Shown here: positions 9,213 through 18,005 of the stretch, one piece after another
Position numbering within the stretch: the first letter of the stretch is position 1
Layout of the letters: each line of letters begins with the position of its first letter
DNA from: a phage
Direction: 5' to 3' (one strand)
Sequence record: PV730300.1
Length of the DNA stretch: 64,000 nucleotides
Notes under the pieces: generated by a model
The model's input: the letters and a program-made list of their open reading frames with translations, nothing else
The model's database searches: none
What the model was told of the DNA's origin: nothing
Translations under genes and position numbers: made by a program

Positions 9213-9821
9213 TTAGTTTTTAAAATTGTTCAAAGTGTTAAAAACATCCAAACATGTTAGCCACTGATCTTCTAAACCTGTGATCACAACATTTGGTTTT
9301 TTCTTTAGTTCTTCTAGATGGTTATCTTTATAAGGCGTATTAAAATATATTTTAACCACTTCATCTGGAAAATATAGTAGGTTATCAGCCCTGTCATCTA
9401 TTGCTATATCACAAGGCAATAAGTATTTTTCTTTCGTAGCAAAAAAGCCGTTACCAGATCCTTTGCTAAAATCAATCGTATCTAACGTTCTTAAAACATG
9501 CTTATGTTTAGAACTTAAGTGACCACCTTTTGTCACACTTGCGATCAAAAGATTGCTACCTTTCCTTGAAACATACTTTAAGAAATCCGGCATACCTGGA
9601 ACAAAACCCATTGTATCATAGAGATGAGGATTATCCAGAAATCCGTAAGGATCTATATTGAACTCCTCCCTGAAACCAGGAAAGTAGTTGGTAAGATCAT
9701 AGTCTGCATTTTTTGTGAATGTGTCTATCTTAACACCAAGTCCACTAATCTTATTCAACCATTCTAACCAAGCAACATCTAATGGAGCCACAACTAAATC
9801 CCAATCACATACTATCTGCAT
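9213..9821 (-). CDS. HAD-like phosphatase, possible 5'(3')-deoxyribonucleotidase
   Basis: N-terminal DxD-type motif (CDWDLVV); nucleotide-metabolism neighbourhood. Confidence 0.35.
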   Translation of the reverse strand: MQIVCDWDLVVAPLDVAWLEWLNKISGLGVKIDTFTKNADYDLTNYFPGFREEFNIDPYGFLDNPHLYDTMGFVPGMPDFLKYVSRKGSNLLIASVTKGGHLSSKHKHVLRTLDTIDFSKGSGNGFFATKEKYLLPCDIAIDDRADNLLYFPDEVVKIYFNTPYKDNHLEELKKKPNVVITGLEDQWLTCLDVFNTLNNFKN

Positions 9822-9857
9822 AAAACCTCCTCTCTCTTTTAGTATAGTTATCTTATA

Positions 9858-10433
9858 CTAACTTTCAATTTCCTGCAATAGGATTTTGACTATTTGTTTA
9901 CGGCGTTTTGCTACTGTGCTTTCAGGTTCTATTTTACGCTTCTTCAACCAAGCCTTATCTTTCTTAGCTCTACACAAAGCTATCGCTTCTTTTTCAGCTT
10001 TTGCTTCTTCAAAAGATATGCCTTGCTTGTCTGCATAAGCAAGAATAGAGTTGCACAATTTACAAACCATTCGCAAATCTTCTTCTTTCACATAGATCAA
10101 ACGGAAAACAAAAAGAGGGATATCATCAAAACATTGAAGTTGTTTTGCTGCGTGAATATGATCCACTTGGAAGTCTTTCATTCCTCCTCTATGTCCACAT
10201 ATTTCGCACTCACAATTCCAAACTTGTTTTGGTTTTCCAGTTTTCTTATCTATCATTACATTGCCGTCTTTATCTACACGATCAACTTTAAAACGCCTTG
10301 CATTGATAACCTTAATTTTATTAGGGTGTCTCATCCATGCTTTTCTAAAGCATCCCCTAAGATAAGTATAAAATTCAGCTTGTGTTTTCCAGGGTGTTCC
10401 TTCACCCCACATTATTTTTGGTTCACCTGCCAA
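9858..10433 (-). CDS. HNH homing endonuclease
   Basis: CECEICGHRGG...DHIHA...CKLCN: HNH motif with Zn-ligand Cys pairs. Confidence 0.7.
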   Translation of the reverse strand: MAGEPKIMWGEGTPWKTQAEFYTYLRGCFRKAWMRHPNKIKVINARRFKVDRVDKDGNVMIDKKTGKPKQVWNCECEICGHRGGMKDFQVDHIHAAKQLQCFDDIPLFVFRLIYVKEEDLRMVCKLCNSILAYADKQGISFEEAKAEKEAIALCRAKKDKAWLKKRKIEPESTVAKRRKQIVKILLQEIES

Positions 10434-10656
10434 TATTGCTCACCTTTTTAGCTGTATATTCCCCTGGTGGGATATTGTGTTTAAAAAACAAAAGGCGGTC
10501 TAACCCAGCCTTGCACATTGTTTCTGGAATAGTCAAAGTTAGTAAAAGTTTATCACCTTTTCGGTTGAATATTTTATAAACTTCTCCTGCTCCATATTGT
10601 TTAGTATTACTCGCCACTAATACGTTCCTTAAGTTGTTTAATAGCTTCGATTGCAT
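10423..10656 (-). CDS. hypothetical protein
   Basis: ORF. Confidence 0.35.
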   Translation of the reverse strand: MQSKLLNNLRNVLVASNTKQYGAGEVYKIFNRKGDKLLLTLTIPETMCKAGLDRLLFFKHNIPPGEYTAKKVSNIGR

Positions 10657-11002
10657 CTACATAAGAAGAGTTATACATGTGTTTCAGTGCTACTCGTACT
10701 AAAGGATCTTTTGTGAAGAAATCAATAAGAAGCATAGCTTGATCATGTTTAGCTGCATTTGTCATAGATGGATAATTTTCACGAACCATATACGTGTTAT
10801 TTTGCATAAGGGTTCTTTCTAGTTCAATACAATGAATAGCTTTATCTAGGTTAATCTGACGTTCACCTTTGATACGTGTTGCGTATTTTGCCAATTTGCA
10901 AAAACAAGGTGTGCCACCAACCAAATAAGCTAGTTCAATAGGTTGCATTGCCATTTTTGTGTAGTGATCACCGTCAACCTGATTATCAAAAGCATTAGAC
11001 AT
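10607..11002 (-). CDS. hypothetical protein
   Basis: ORF. Confidence 0.4.
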   Translation of the reverse strand: MSNAFDNQVDGDHYTKMAMQPIELAYLVGGTPCFCKLAKYATRIKGERQINLDKAIHCIELERTLMQNNTYMVRENYPSMTNAAKHDQAMLLIDFFTKDPLVRVALKHMYNSSYVDAIEAIKQLKERISGE

Positions 11003-11258
11003 AATTTTCCTCCTGAATTCCTACTGCGCCGTCTTCTGGGTAGTCTGTATAATAAGCTACCCTACCTTGATAGATAACATCACCATCGCTATTGTAGATT
11101 GCTGTATCTTCTTGAATTGTTATTTCAACGTCAAGTAAATCTGGGTCTTTCTCGATGGTATAGTTCAAACCTAACATTTCAAACAGTTCGAAAATTTCGT
11201 TACCTGTTAATGTAATGCTCATATTTCCTCCTTTTATTGTGGTTAGCAGAGTATACAC
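10995..11258 (-). CDS. hypothetical protein
   Basis: ORF; preceded by a minus-strand promoter. Confidence 0.4.
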   Translation of the reverse strand: MYTLLTTIKGGNMSITLTGNEIFELFEMLGLNYTIEKDPDLLDVEITIQEDTAIYNSDGDVIYQGRVAYYTDYPEDGAVGIQEENYV

Positions 11259-11278
11259 TAATATAAAATTTTTGTCAA
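11250..11278 (-). promoter_or_regulatory. sigma70-like promoter on minus strand (TTGACA-N17-TATACT)
   Basis: rc of 11273-11278 is TTGACA, rc of 11250-11255 is TATACT. Confidence 0.5.
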
Positions 11279-11280
11279 TA

Positions 11281-11303
11281 AAAAAGGGAGCAATAAGCTC
11301 CCT
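11281..11303 (-). terminator. intrinsic terminator (minus strand)
   Basis: GGGAGC-loop-GCTCCC hairpin followed on the minus-strand RNA by a U-run. Confidence 0.5.
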
Positions 11304-11308
11304 GATTA

Positions 11309-12268
11309 TTAGATTCCAATAATAGTTGCTGCTCGTTTATCCTTGGATCTGGTGTTTGCTCTACTACGTGACAAACCTCCACAAGATTCACAACGAATGA
11401 TATCGAAAGAACTTACCGCAGTGTGGTATTGCTTACCAGTAACAACGTGAACATGATCACTTCCGCAACGAGAACAACGGACTTTCTCATCTGGGTAATA
11501 AGCGGATAAGTTAGGATGTTGTGGAATCCACGGAAGGATTTTCATATACAAATCACGGAGTGAAACAACATCACCATCGTTGTAAATCTGCATACGTTCA
11601 AAAGCATCACGATCACCTTCACAACATGCTTTCCATAAAGGGAACCCCTCGTTATCCAGTTTTTCACTCTCTGTTTCGAAATATGCTCCCATTTCTTTAA
11701 GGGAGTTGGAAGGAAGTGCAAATTGTTTCTTAGCTGCCTTCAATGTATCAACAACTACATAATTAGAAGGAGGAGCCATATCGTGATATGCAAATCGTTG
11801 GTTAATGTATGCACGGTCAAACTTATACCCGTTGTGTGCCACAACTACATCTGCCTCATTCAGAAGGTTCCAAAGATCTTGGCAAAGCTCCCAATCATCT
11901 GTATGATCAATATCAAAAAGAGGATAAGAAGACAAATTCTTACCTTCCACTTCACCAGTATACAGATCAGCAGAAGAATAAGATAACAAATAACCTCTGC
12001 GAATTACCTGGTCTGGAGAAATGAAGGCTTTGAATCGACGGAAAGTATATGCAATCTCTGGTGCAGTTTCAACATCAATAATTTTAATAACTGGTTGTTT
12101 CTTTTTAACGGGTTCTTGTTTACTTCCACTGAAACGTGCAAGGAAATCATTTACTGTGCTTTTTCTTGTTGGGCTACCTAAAACAATTGCTGCAATATTG
12201 CGAGAAGACATACCCTCTGCACTCATACTAAGGATATCTGCTTTCTGCTCTTCTGTTAATCTGCTCAC
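11309..12268 (-). CDS. putative nuclease (RNase H-fold exonuclease-like) with C-terminal zinc ribbon
   Basis: IDVET acidic motif; C-terminal CSRCG...CESCGG. Confidence 0.4.
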   Translation of the reverse strand: MSRLTEEQKADILSMSAEGMSSRNIAAIVLGSPTRKSTVNDFLARFSGSKQEPVKKKQPVIKIIDVETAPEIAYTFRRFKAFISPDQVIRRGYLLSYSSADLYTGEVEGKNLSSYPLFDIDHTDDWELCQDLWNLLNEADVVVAHNGYKFDRAYINQRFAYHDMAPPSNYVVVDTLKAAKKQFALPSNSLKEMGAYFETESEKLDNEGFPLWKACCEGDRDAFERMQIYNDGDVVSLRDLYMKILPWIPQHPNLSAYYPDEKVRCSRCGSDHVHVVTGKQYHTAVSSFDIIRCESCGGLSRSRANTRSKDKRAATIIGI

Positions 12269-13383
12269 TCTGCCTCCTGTTGTGAGATGTATGACTGAAG
12301 CATACTCTCAAATGTTGTATCGTCATTATCCCAGCGTTTCATGTATACCAACTGGAAAATTGTTTCTATCCATTCATCTGTTGTCATATGGACTTCTTCT
12401 CCATCCCAAGAAGTAAAATTAACACCATCTGGGAACCACGAGTAGTAAGTATCTTTAACTGTTTGGAAAAGCTCTGCTTGAGTTTTACAAGCTGAAAGAA
12501 GATTAAAACAAGTAATATCTCCAAACTTAATATCAAAATCTTGATAAGGTCGAATACTATCTGTTTTATCTCCCATTAGCATCTGATATGCTAACCAGTA
12601 ACTGCCCCAACCTTTAACTTCTTTCTTTTTACCTTTATCTACGATCCATATATCGCCAATAGACTCGTCAATAAGAATTATATCTGGATTTTTAAATACT
12701 CCATCCTCTTTGTAGAAATTAAAAAGGATACTAGGAGTATGTAAACTATCTTTATCTATAGACACTACGATATAAGAAAATTTACCCGTCCTTTTATAAT
12801 CTTTATAACCTTGGAAACCATACTTCTCTAACTCATCATCGGCTTCTATTACAGTAACAACATCACCATTGTGGAACTCCACAAGATAATCTTTGGTTTC
12901 TGAAAGCTGAAGTGGTTTGATATCTAATCGTTCAGATTTATATTCTACAGGCATTTTGAAGGCGTGTCTGAAAGTTTTTCCTACGCCAATAACTCCGCAA
13001 TATTTTTCTAAACGTAGATGTTTTAGAATACCTAAGACTTTTGTTTTAGCTGCTTGGAAGGTGTGTCCGATATCTTCTGGCGGGTATTGCTTATCAATGA
13101 TTTCGAACTCTTCCTTTGTGAAGGGACGTTTGTTTTTGGAGGCTCTTTCTGCATTTGTATCTCCTAGCCAACCTCCAATTTTAGTCTTGCTTTTACCCCA
13201 AAACTCTGTCTTATTTTTAAATTCCTTTTGAGCACCTGAAGGGATGTGCTTCGCAATGATTGTTCTTTTCTCTAATGCAGATGCTGCTTGGAAAGCGATC
13301 TGATCATAATCAATTGCAGCTATTGTTTCTTCGTTGACATATAAATGAAGATCTTCAGGTTTAATTAAAATATAACCGCTAAT
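12265..13383 (-). CDS. hypothetical protein; frame is open well upstream of the listed ATG (12954), start uncertain
   Basis: Same frame runs without a stop from 13395 to 12954 with protein-like translation (contains GVIGVGKT just upstream of the ATG); no ATG/GTG/TTG in that stretch; candidate ATT start at 13383 after a GGGGGA ribosome-binding site. Confidence 0.35.
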   Translation of the reverse strand: MSGYILIKPEDLHLYVNEETIAAIDYDQIAFQAASALEKRTIIAKHIPSGAQKEFKNKTEFWGKSKTKIGGWLGDTNAERASKNKRPFTKEEFEIIDKQYPPEDIGHTFQAAKTKVLGILKHLRLEKYCGVIGVGKTFRHAFKMPVEYKSERLDIKPLQLSETKDYLVEFHNGDVVTVIEADDELEKYGFQGYKDYKRTGKFSYIVVSIDKDSLHTPSILFNFYKEDGVFKNPDIILIDESIGDIWIVDKGKKKEVKGWGSYWLAYQMLMGDKTDSIRPYQDFDIKFGDITCFNLLSACKTQAELFQTVKDTYYSWFPDGVNFTSWDGEEVHMTTDEWIETIFQLVYMKRWDNDDTTFESMLQSYISQQEAE

Positions 13384-13395
13384 ATTTCCCCCTAA

Positions 13396-13605
13396 TTATT
13401 CATCGTCATCCTCTGTTGAGAATGTTTTAGTATACGGACATTGACGACTTTTCGGGATTGCTATAACTTCATCTTGGTTAGCGTTAGAATAGTAGCAATA
13501 TTTTGTATTGCCATTAACTTCAGAATCAGACAAGATTAAAGTAATTTGACCTGCTGCTACTGTGAAACTAAAAGCTAAAAGAACGACTGTCAGAATCTTT
13601 TTCAT
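13396..13605 (-). CDS. small secreted protein (N-terminal signal peptide)
   Basis: MKKILTVVLLAFSFTVAAGQ signal-peptide-like N-terminus; AGGAGG ribosome-binding site. Confidence 0.4.
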   Translation of the reverse strand: MKKILTVVLLAFSFTVAAGQITLILSDSEVNGNTKYCYYSNANQDEVIAIPKSRQCPYTKTFSTEDDDE

Positions 13606-13611
13606 AACGCC

Positions 13612-13641
13612 TCCTAAAAAGCCTACCTCATTAAGTAGGTA
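13612..13641 (-). terminator. intrinsic terminator (minus strand)
   Basis: GCCTACCT-loop-AGGTAGGC hairpin followed by a U-run on the minus-strand RNA. Confidence 0.55.
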
Positions 13642-13677
13642 GGCATAATATCATAACTAATCCCGCAAGTCAAGAAC

Positions 13678-14556
13678 TTATTTAAGGATTGTTGCTTTGG
13701 TTAAATCTTCCATCAGACCTCGAATCTCATTGAAGCACAGAAGGACTGAAGCTTCAATACTACCTTCTTCGTCTGCAAAATATTTCGGAAAACGTAGTTT
13801 AGAAAGTTTAAACTCTTTATCCACTACAAAATCTACAACACCATCATATTCAAGACCGATTGCAACCACATCTTTACCATCTTCTTTTAGTTCGACAGCT
13901 TTAGACTCGTATAGGGATTCTTTACTCCAAACAACAACGCCCTCGCTATCCTCCATTTTGATATAATTTCCGAGAGTAATACGATCTGCTTCGTGATTCT
14001 CCAACAATTCGCCAAAACCTTTTACAATAGCTTCTTCGTGCACACTAAAACCTACCGAAGGGAAAGTCCCCAGAACGGAACGGAGGAAAGAAGTAATCTC
14101 TTCTGCAACCTTTTTACTTCCATTAAGAACATAAAGAAGATTCGTAGTTTTATCCAAGACAACATAGTTAAAGAAATCTTCAGGTTCTGTTTCAGGCAAT
14201 AGTGCAAATTCAATATCTTCCTTCATCGCTTTGACTACTTCTTTATCGACATAAAACTCTTTACCTTCGCTCTCCATGTCCTGACGCATTTCTTCTAGAC
14301 GTTCATTCAGAATACGTTTAACTTTCTTTTTATCTACCTTCTTCACAGATTGACCTACATTAAGCAGTTCAAGATCTGAAAACTCTTTTACAAATTTAGA
14401 GTCATCTTCGAAACGAACAAGACCGATAGTGTGTGACTGGGAGCCTTCTGCTGTTACAAATTCCAGAGGAATATCTGTAATGCTGTTAAGGGATGCTACA
14501 GAAGCATTGTCACCAACAACCATAGGCAGAGCGGATTTAAAAGATTTTACAAACAT
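13678..14556 (-). CDS. RdgC-like recombination-associated protein
   Basis: About 290 aa; resemblance to RdgC recalled from memory, not aligned. Confidence 0.35.
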   Translation of the reverse strand: MFVKSFKSALPMVVGDNASVASLNSITDIPLEFVTAEGSQSHTIGLVRFEDDSKFVKEFSDLELLNVGQSVKKVDKKKVKRILNERLEEMRQDMESEGKEFYVDKEVVKAMKEDIEFALLPETEPEDFFNYVVLDKTTNLLYVLNGSKKVAEEITSFLRSVLGTFPSVGFSVHEEAIVKGFGELLENHEADRITLGNYIKMEDSEGVVVWSKESLYESKAVELKEDGKDVVAIGLEYDGVVDFVVDKEFKLSKLRFPKYFADEEGSIEASVLLCFNEIRGLMEDLTKATILK

Positions 14557-14612
14557 GTTTCCTCCTATTTAATACATCTCACATTACCGCCCATAAAGGG
14601 CGGCTTACAACA

Positions 14613-15338
14613 TTACTTGTTAATAATACCTGCAATATTAGGTTTAATGAAACCTGACCACTTCATGATCTTACCTTTATCATCAAAGAACACATACACT
14701 TTCTGTTTTTCATTATAAACAGCATGAACACCAGTGTATGCCCCTTCTGGACGATTGGCATTTCGTTCTTCAATTGCAGCACATTCTTGTGCAATGGCTG
14801 AATCGATATCTGAAGTTTTCCAAGTTTTCAGCAACTGTTGTTTAGTTGGATACTTGGAATCATTGCTTTTCAATACCTCTTTAATAACTTTCTTTTCTGG
14901 ATATTTTGAACGGATTAGAGTGTCACGAGACATACGCATAATACCCGCAGCCATTAGCGCCATTTGAACTGGCTCTGTAAATGTTTGTTCCAAAGCATCG
15001 AAATCGGTATACACAGTTGGAGTAAAAACATCGCCTACAGCATAGTCCAAGAAATTCATCGTATGTTCTTCACCAAAGAACATGTAAGTCAGATAACTGG
15101 ATACTACAAAAATATCCGCTGCTGCATCCAAGAGTTCTACATGATCGTTTACTTTCGCGGCTGTTTCATACTCTTTAAGCTCTTCACGAACGAACCCGAT
15201 TTGGGACATAAATAGCTCTTGAGTGAATTCAGGTTGTTCGCCACCTCGTGCTTTGGCATTCCAATCAATCACGTGCTTTGCTGCATTTTTGAAAAATTCA
15301 GTATCGAATTTAATATCTTTAAAAAAATTCTCGATCAT
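14613..15338 (-). CDS. MazG-like nucleotide pyrophosphohydrolase
   Basis: EELKEYETAAKVNDHVELLDAAADIFV: MazG-type EExxE...D helix motif. Confidence 0.55.
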   Translation of the reverse strand: MIENFFKDIKFDTEFFKNAAKHVIDWNAKARGGEQPEFTQELFMSQIGFVREELKEYETAAKVNDHVELLDAAADIFVVSSYLTYMFFGEEHTMNFLDYAVGDVFTPTVYTDFDALEQTFTEPVQMALMAAGIMRMSRDTLIRSKYPEKKVIKEVLKSNDSKYPTKQQLLKTWKTSDIDSAIAQECAAIEERNANRPEGAYTGVHAVYNEKQKVYVFFDDKGKIMKWSGFIKPNIAGIINK

Positions 15339-15347
15339 TATAACTCC

Positions 15348-15608
15348 TTATTTAAAATAGCTTTCTAGAAAGTTGCTAATATTTACTACAGTCTCACCCA
15401 TGTAAATTCCTGCGAAACCGAAAACAAGCATACGTGGAATATTGAAATACCATTTATCCGCCGGAAAAGATGCCAGAATTACAATAGCAATTGCTATCAA
15501 CATCATAAGAATTGTTGCTAAGATTATCATAAAAATGCCTCCAGGTATTTTGCACAATGATAAGCTAAGAAACAAGAAACTACCGCATACCCAACTCCAG
15601 ACATACAT
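15348..15608 (-). CDS. small membrane protein
   Basis: Hydrophobic predicted transmembrane segments. Confidence 0.35.
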   Translation of the reverse strand: MYVWSWVCGSFLFLSLSLCKIPGGIFMIILATILMMLIAIAIVILASFPADKWYFNIPRMLVFGFAGIYMGETVVNISNFLESYFK

Positions 15609-15721
15609 GAATCAATCGCAACACATATGGTTCTTTTCTTTGAATTCTTAGGAAAGTTTTCAGAAGCATTCATACAATAAAAAGAAAGCACACTGAAAAC
15701 GATTAAAATGGCTAAGAACAT
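15527..15721 (-). CDS. small membrane protein (overlaps the previous ORF; only one may be real)
   Basis: Hydrophobic ORF. Confidence 0.25.
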   Translation of the reverse strand: MFLAILIVFSVLSFYCMNASENFPKNSKKRTICVAIDSCMSGVGYAVVSCFLAYHCAKYLEAFL

Positions 15722-15730
15722 TTTTCCTCC

Positions 15731-16858
15731 TTATTCTGCTGGTTCCCAAGTGCCTGGGATCATTTCTCGGATACGAACACCAACAGGTTTTGTTGGAATA
15801 CCTTCATCTGAAAATTCTTCATACTCTATTTCAACGAACTGATTAATCAAGGTAGAAGCATTCTCTGCTTTACGATAATTGATAGTCTCATGAGCATCTT
15901 TACGCATTAAGAATTCGACTACTTTACCATTTTCCATCTCACCTGTCAACACTCCATCGCCATTTTTATCACTTTTTGAATTTATTACTTTAACTTCAAG
16001 CGTATGACGAGGCTTACGTTTAATAACATCATAAGAACGTTTATCAAATTCGTAAACTCCGTGAGCATTACGATATACTACACCTTCAGCTTTCTCAAGT
16101 AAAGCTTTTTCATAGAAAGCATCAAACTGTTCTTGGTTTTCAATATACTCTGTATGAACTACACAAATAAGCTCATCAAGACCATAATCCTCCACTACTG
16201 CCTTAAGAGCAGTAAGAACATCAACACGTTTTTCAAACGGTAGATCTGGAACTGGAATATCGTATACGTAATAATTCAGCAAAGGTGTATTTGCATTATG
16301 CTTCTTCCAGGCACTGTTAATTTGTTGCAGACTAAGAACACCTAACCCAGCAAACACTTCACCATCAAGAGGATGACCAACAACTTCACTAATAAAGTTT
16401 GGAATACCTTTCCAATGAGGTGGCAGGTTGTACACTTCCCCAGCTTTTGATAAACACTCCCCTTTCATGTTAATCATAGAACGTAACCCGTTCAGTTTGT
16501 ATTGTGCATAACCAGGGAACACAACCCTTTCAGGATAATCTTTATAATCCTGGCATTTCATTGGTGTGGAAGGAACATGGTTTTCAGCTTCTTCTTTTGT
16601 TTTATAATAGCCATTCTTTAACTGTTTTGTCCATTTGGCAAAAGCTTCAAGTTCAGCTTGTTCTTCCGGTGTTGTTTCATTGGAACGACCAATGTTTTTT
16701 GCTTCTGCTGTATAAGATTTTTCTGTGATTTTTCCACCTACCCTTCCATGAGCTACAGTAACAACTGCACCATCTGTATACACTGTCCACTGTTTAAGTT
16801 TTCCTTTTGAATCTTTACCATACAGCGTTTGATTTGTTTGTTGCATTAGTCCTCCCAC
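15731..16858 (-). CDS. ATP-dependent DNA ligase
   Basis: Nucleotidyltransferase motif I KLNGLR (KxDG-type); size about 375 aa as in T7-type ligases. Confidence 0.7.
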   Translation of the reverse strand: MGGLMQQTNQTLYGKDSKGKLKQWTVYTDGAVVTVAHGRVGGKITEKSYTAEAKNIGRSNETTPEEQAELEAFAKWTKQLKNGYYKTKEEAENHVPSTPMKCQDYKDYPERVVFPGYAQYKLNGLRSMINMKGECLSKAGEVYNLPPHWKGIPNFISEVVGHPLDGEVFAGLGVLSLQQINSAWKKHNANTPLLNYYVYDIPVPDLPFEKRVDVLTALKAVVEDYGLDELICVVHTEYIENQEQFDAFYEKALLEKAEGVVYRNAHGVYEFDKRSYDVIKRKPRHTLEVKVINSKSDKNGDGVLTGEMENGKVVEFLMRKDAHETINYRKAENASTLINQFVEIEYEEFSDEGIPTKPVGVRIREMIPGTWEPAE

Positions 16859-17067
16859 TTAAAAACTGAAATTTTCAATCTGTTACACACTTCATCCAAA
16901 TCTGCGTCGAGTAACGTTGTAGATGTTGCCAACATATAATCAATACTTGTGAAACCTTGCCCTTTGGCATAGTCAAGCATATCTTCATACATATCTTCAA
17001 GATCACCGTCATCAAAAGTAGCTAGAAAATCCTCGTCTCCGCTACGAACATAAAATGCAGTACTCAT
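16846..17067 (-). CDS. strongly acidic small protein
   Basis: 73 aa with many more Asp/Glu than Lys/Arg. Confidence 0.4.
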   Translation of the reverse strand: MSTAFYVRSGDEDFLATFDDGDLEDMYEDMLDYAKGQGFTSIDYMLATSTTLLDADLDEVCNRLKISVFKWED

Positions 17068-17255
17068 TCTTCTTCATCCCAAGATTCAAAAGCACAACAA
17101 TCATCGGTTTCTATAATACCAACACGTCCGCAGGTATTGCAAGTGATTTTATCCCCGTAGAATAAATAATTTTTATCACCCTCTGTGTTTACAGTTATGT
17201 CATTACTACCACAAGGGCAAGTCAGCCAACCAACAACAACGATATCTTTTTTCAT
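17064..17255 (-). CDS. small zinc-ribbon protein
   Basis: CPCG...CNTCG Cys pairs. Confidence 0.4.
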   Translation of the reverse strand: MKKDIVVVGWLTCPCGSNDITVNTEGDKNYLFYGDKITCNTCGRVGIIETDDCCAFESWDEEE

Positions 17256-17264
17256 AATCCCTCC

Positions 17265-17591
17265 TTAAGCGTTAAGTTCGTTGTTGAGTTCGTAAATCTC
17301 TTCTTGAAGAGCATCAATCTCTTCCTCCAAACGGGAGATCTCTTCTTTTAGATATACCATTTCGGATTCTTTCTCTTCTAATTCATTTTCAAATTTTACT
17401 TTATTAGCCTCATTTTCATAATGCAGTTCAGCGTAATCATCACGCATTTGTTCAATAAGATGAATCAGAGACAAGATATAATTGTCTCCCGTTTCATCAC
17501 GCCACTCTTCACCGTGACGGAGAACGGTAATTCGTCCAGTATCTTCATCTAAAATTGTCTCATATTTACGATCATCTGTATAAATCTGCAT
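17265..17591 (-). CDS. coiled-coil protein
   Basis: Heptad-rich C-terminus (EEISRLEEEIDALQEEIYELNNEL). Confidence 0.4.
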   Translation of the reverse strand: MQIYTDDRKYETILDEDTGRITVLRHGEEWRDETGDNYILSLIHLIEQMRDDYAELHYENEANKVKFENELEEKESEMVYLKEEISRLEEEIDALQEEIYELNNELNA

Positions 17592-17600
17592 TATTTCTCC

Positions 17601-18005
17601 TTATTGAAGTTTAAGTGAACCACGAAGACGTTTCTCTTGCTGATCACGGATATATTGTGGAACCTCGTGAATTGAATCATTACCGTGCCTATTTTCAACA
17701 ACTAAAGAGATAACTTGATAACCAAACTCTTCAGCAAGAGCTAGGTAAGGTTTAAGTTCTTTCTCTGTGGTTGAAGTATTAGAAACAATAATCTTGTTAA
17801 GATTAGATGCCATAGCATCACGAACAATACCCTGACACCATGCGTGTGCTTTACCTACATTTTCTGGCTTCCAATCGTAAACACCACTTTCTGTGTAATG
17901 ATATTGATCTGCCTCACAGATAGGCCAATAACCTTCAGAAATAATTTCTGCTACTGTAGATTTACCAGCACCTGAAACGCCACGTAAAATGATAAGTTGT
18001 TTCAT
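17601..18005 (-). CDS. P-loop kinase, putative polynucleotide 5'-kinase
   Basis: Walker A GVSGAGKST in a 134-aa protein; adjacent to RNA ligase and phosphoesterase genes. Confidence 0.5.
   Translation of the reverse strand: MKQLIILRGVSGAGKSTVAEIISEGYWPICEADQYHYTESGVYDWKPENVGKAHAWCQGIVRDAMASNLNKIIVSNTSTTEKELKPYLALAEEFGYQVISLVVENRHGNDSIHEVPQYIRDQQEKRLRGSLKLQ

Noticed and set aside
9894-10451. Plus-strand ORF of 185 aa overlapping the HNH endonuclease gene
   Set aside because: Antisense to a gene with a clear HNH motif; hydrophobic, low-complexity translation.
12917-13231. Plus-strand ORF of 104 aa in an apparent gene gap
   Set aside because: Antisense to a continuous protein-like minus-strand frame; composition typical of a shadow ORF.
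14587-14603. CCGCCC-ATAAA-GGGCGG hairpin between the RdgC-like and MazG-like genes as an intrinsic terminator
   Set aside because: No U tract follows on the minus-strand transcript; more likely an RNA stability or processing element, not annotated.
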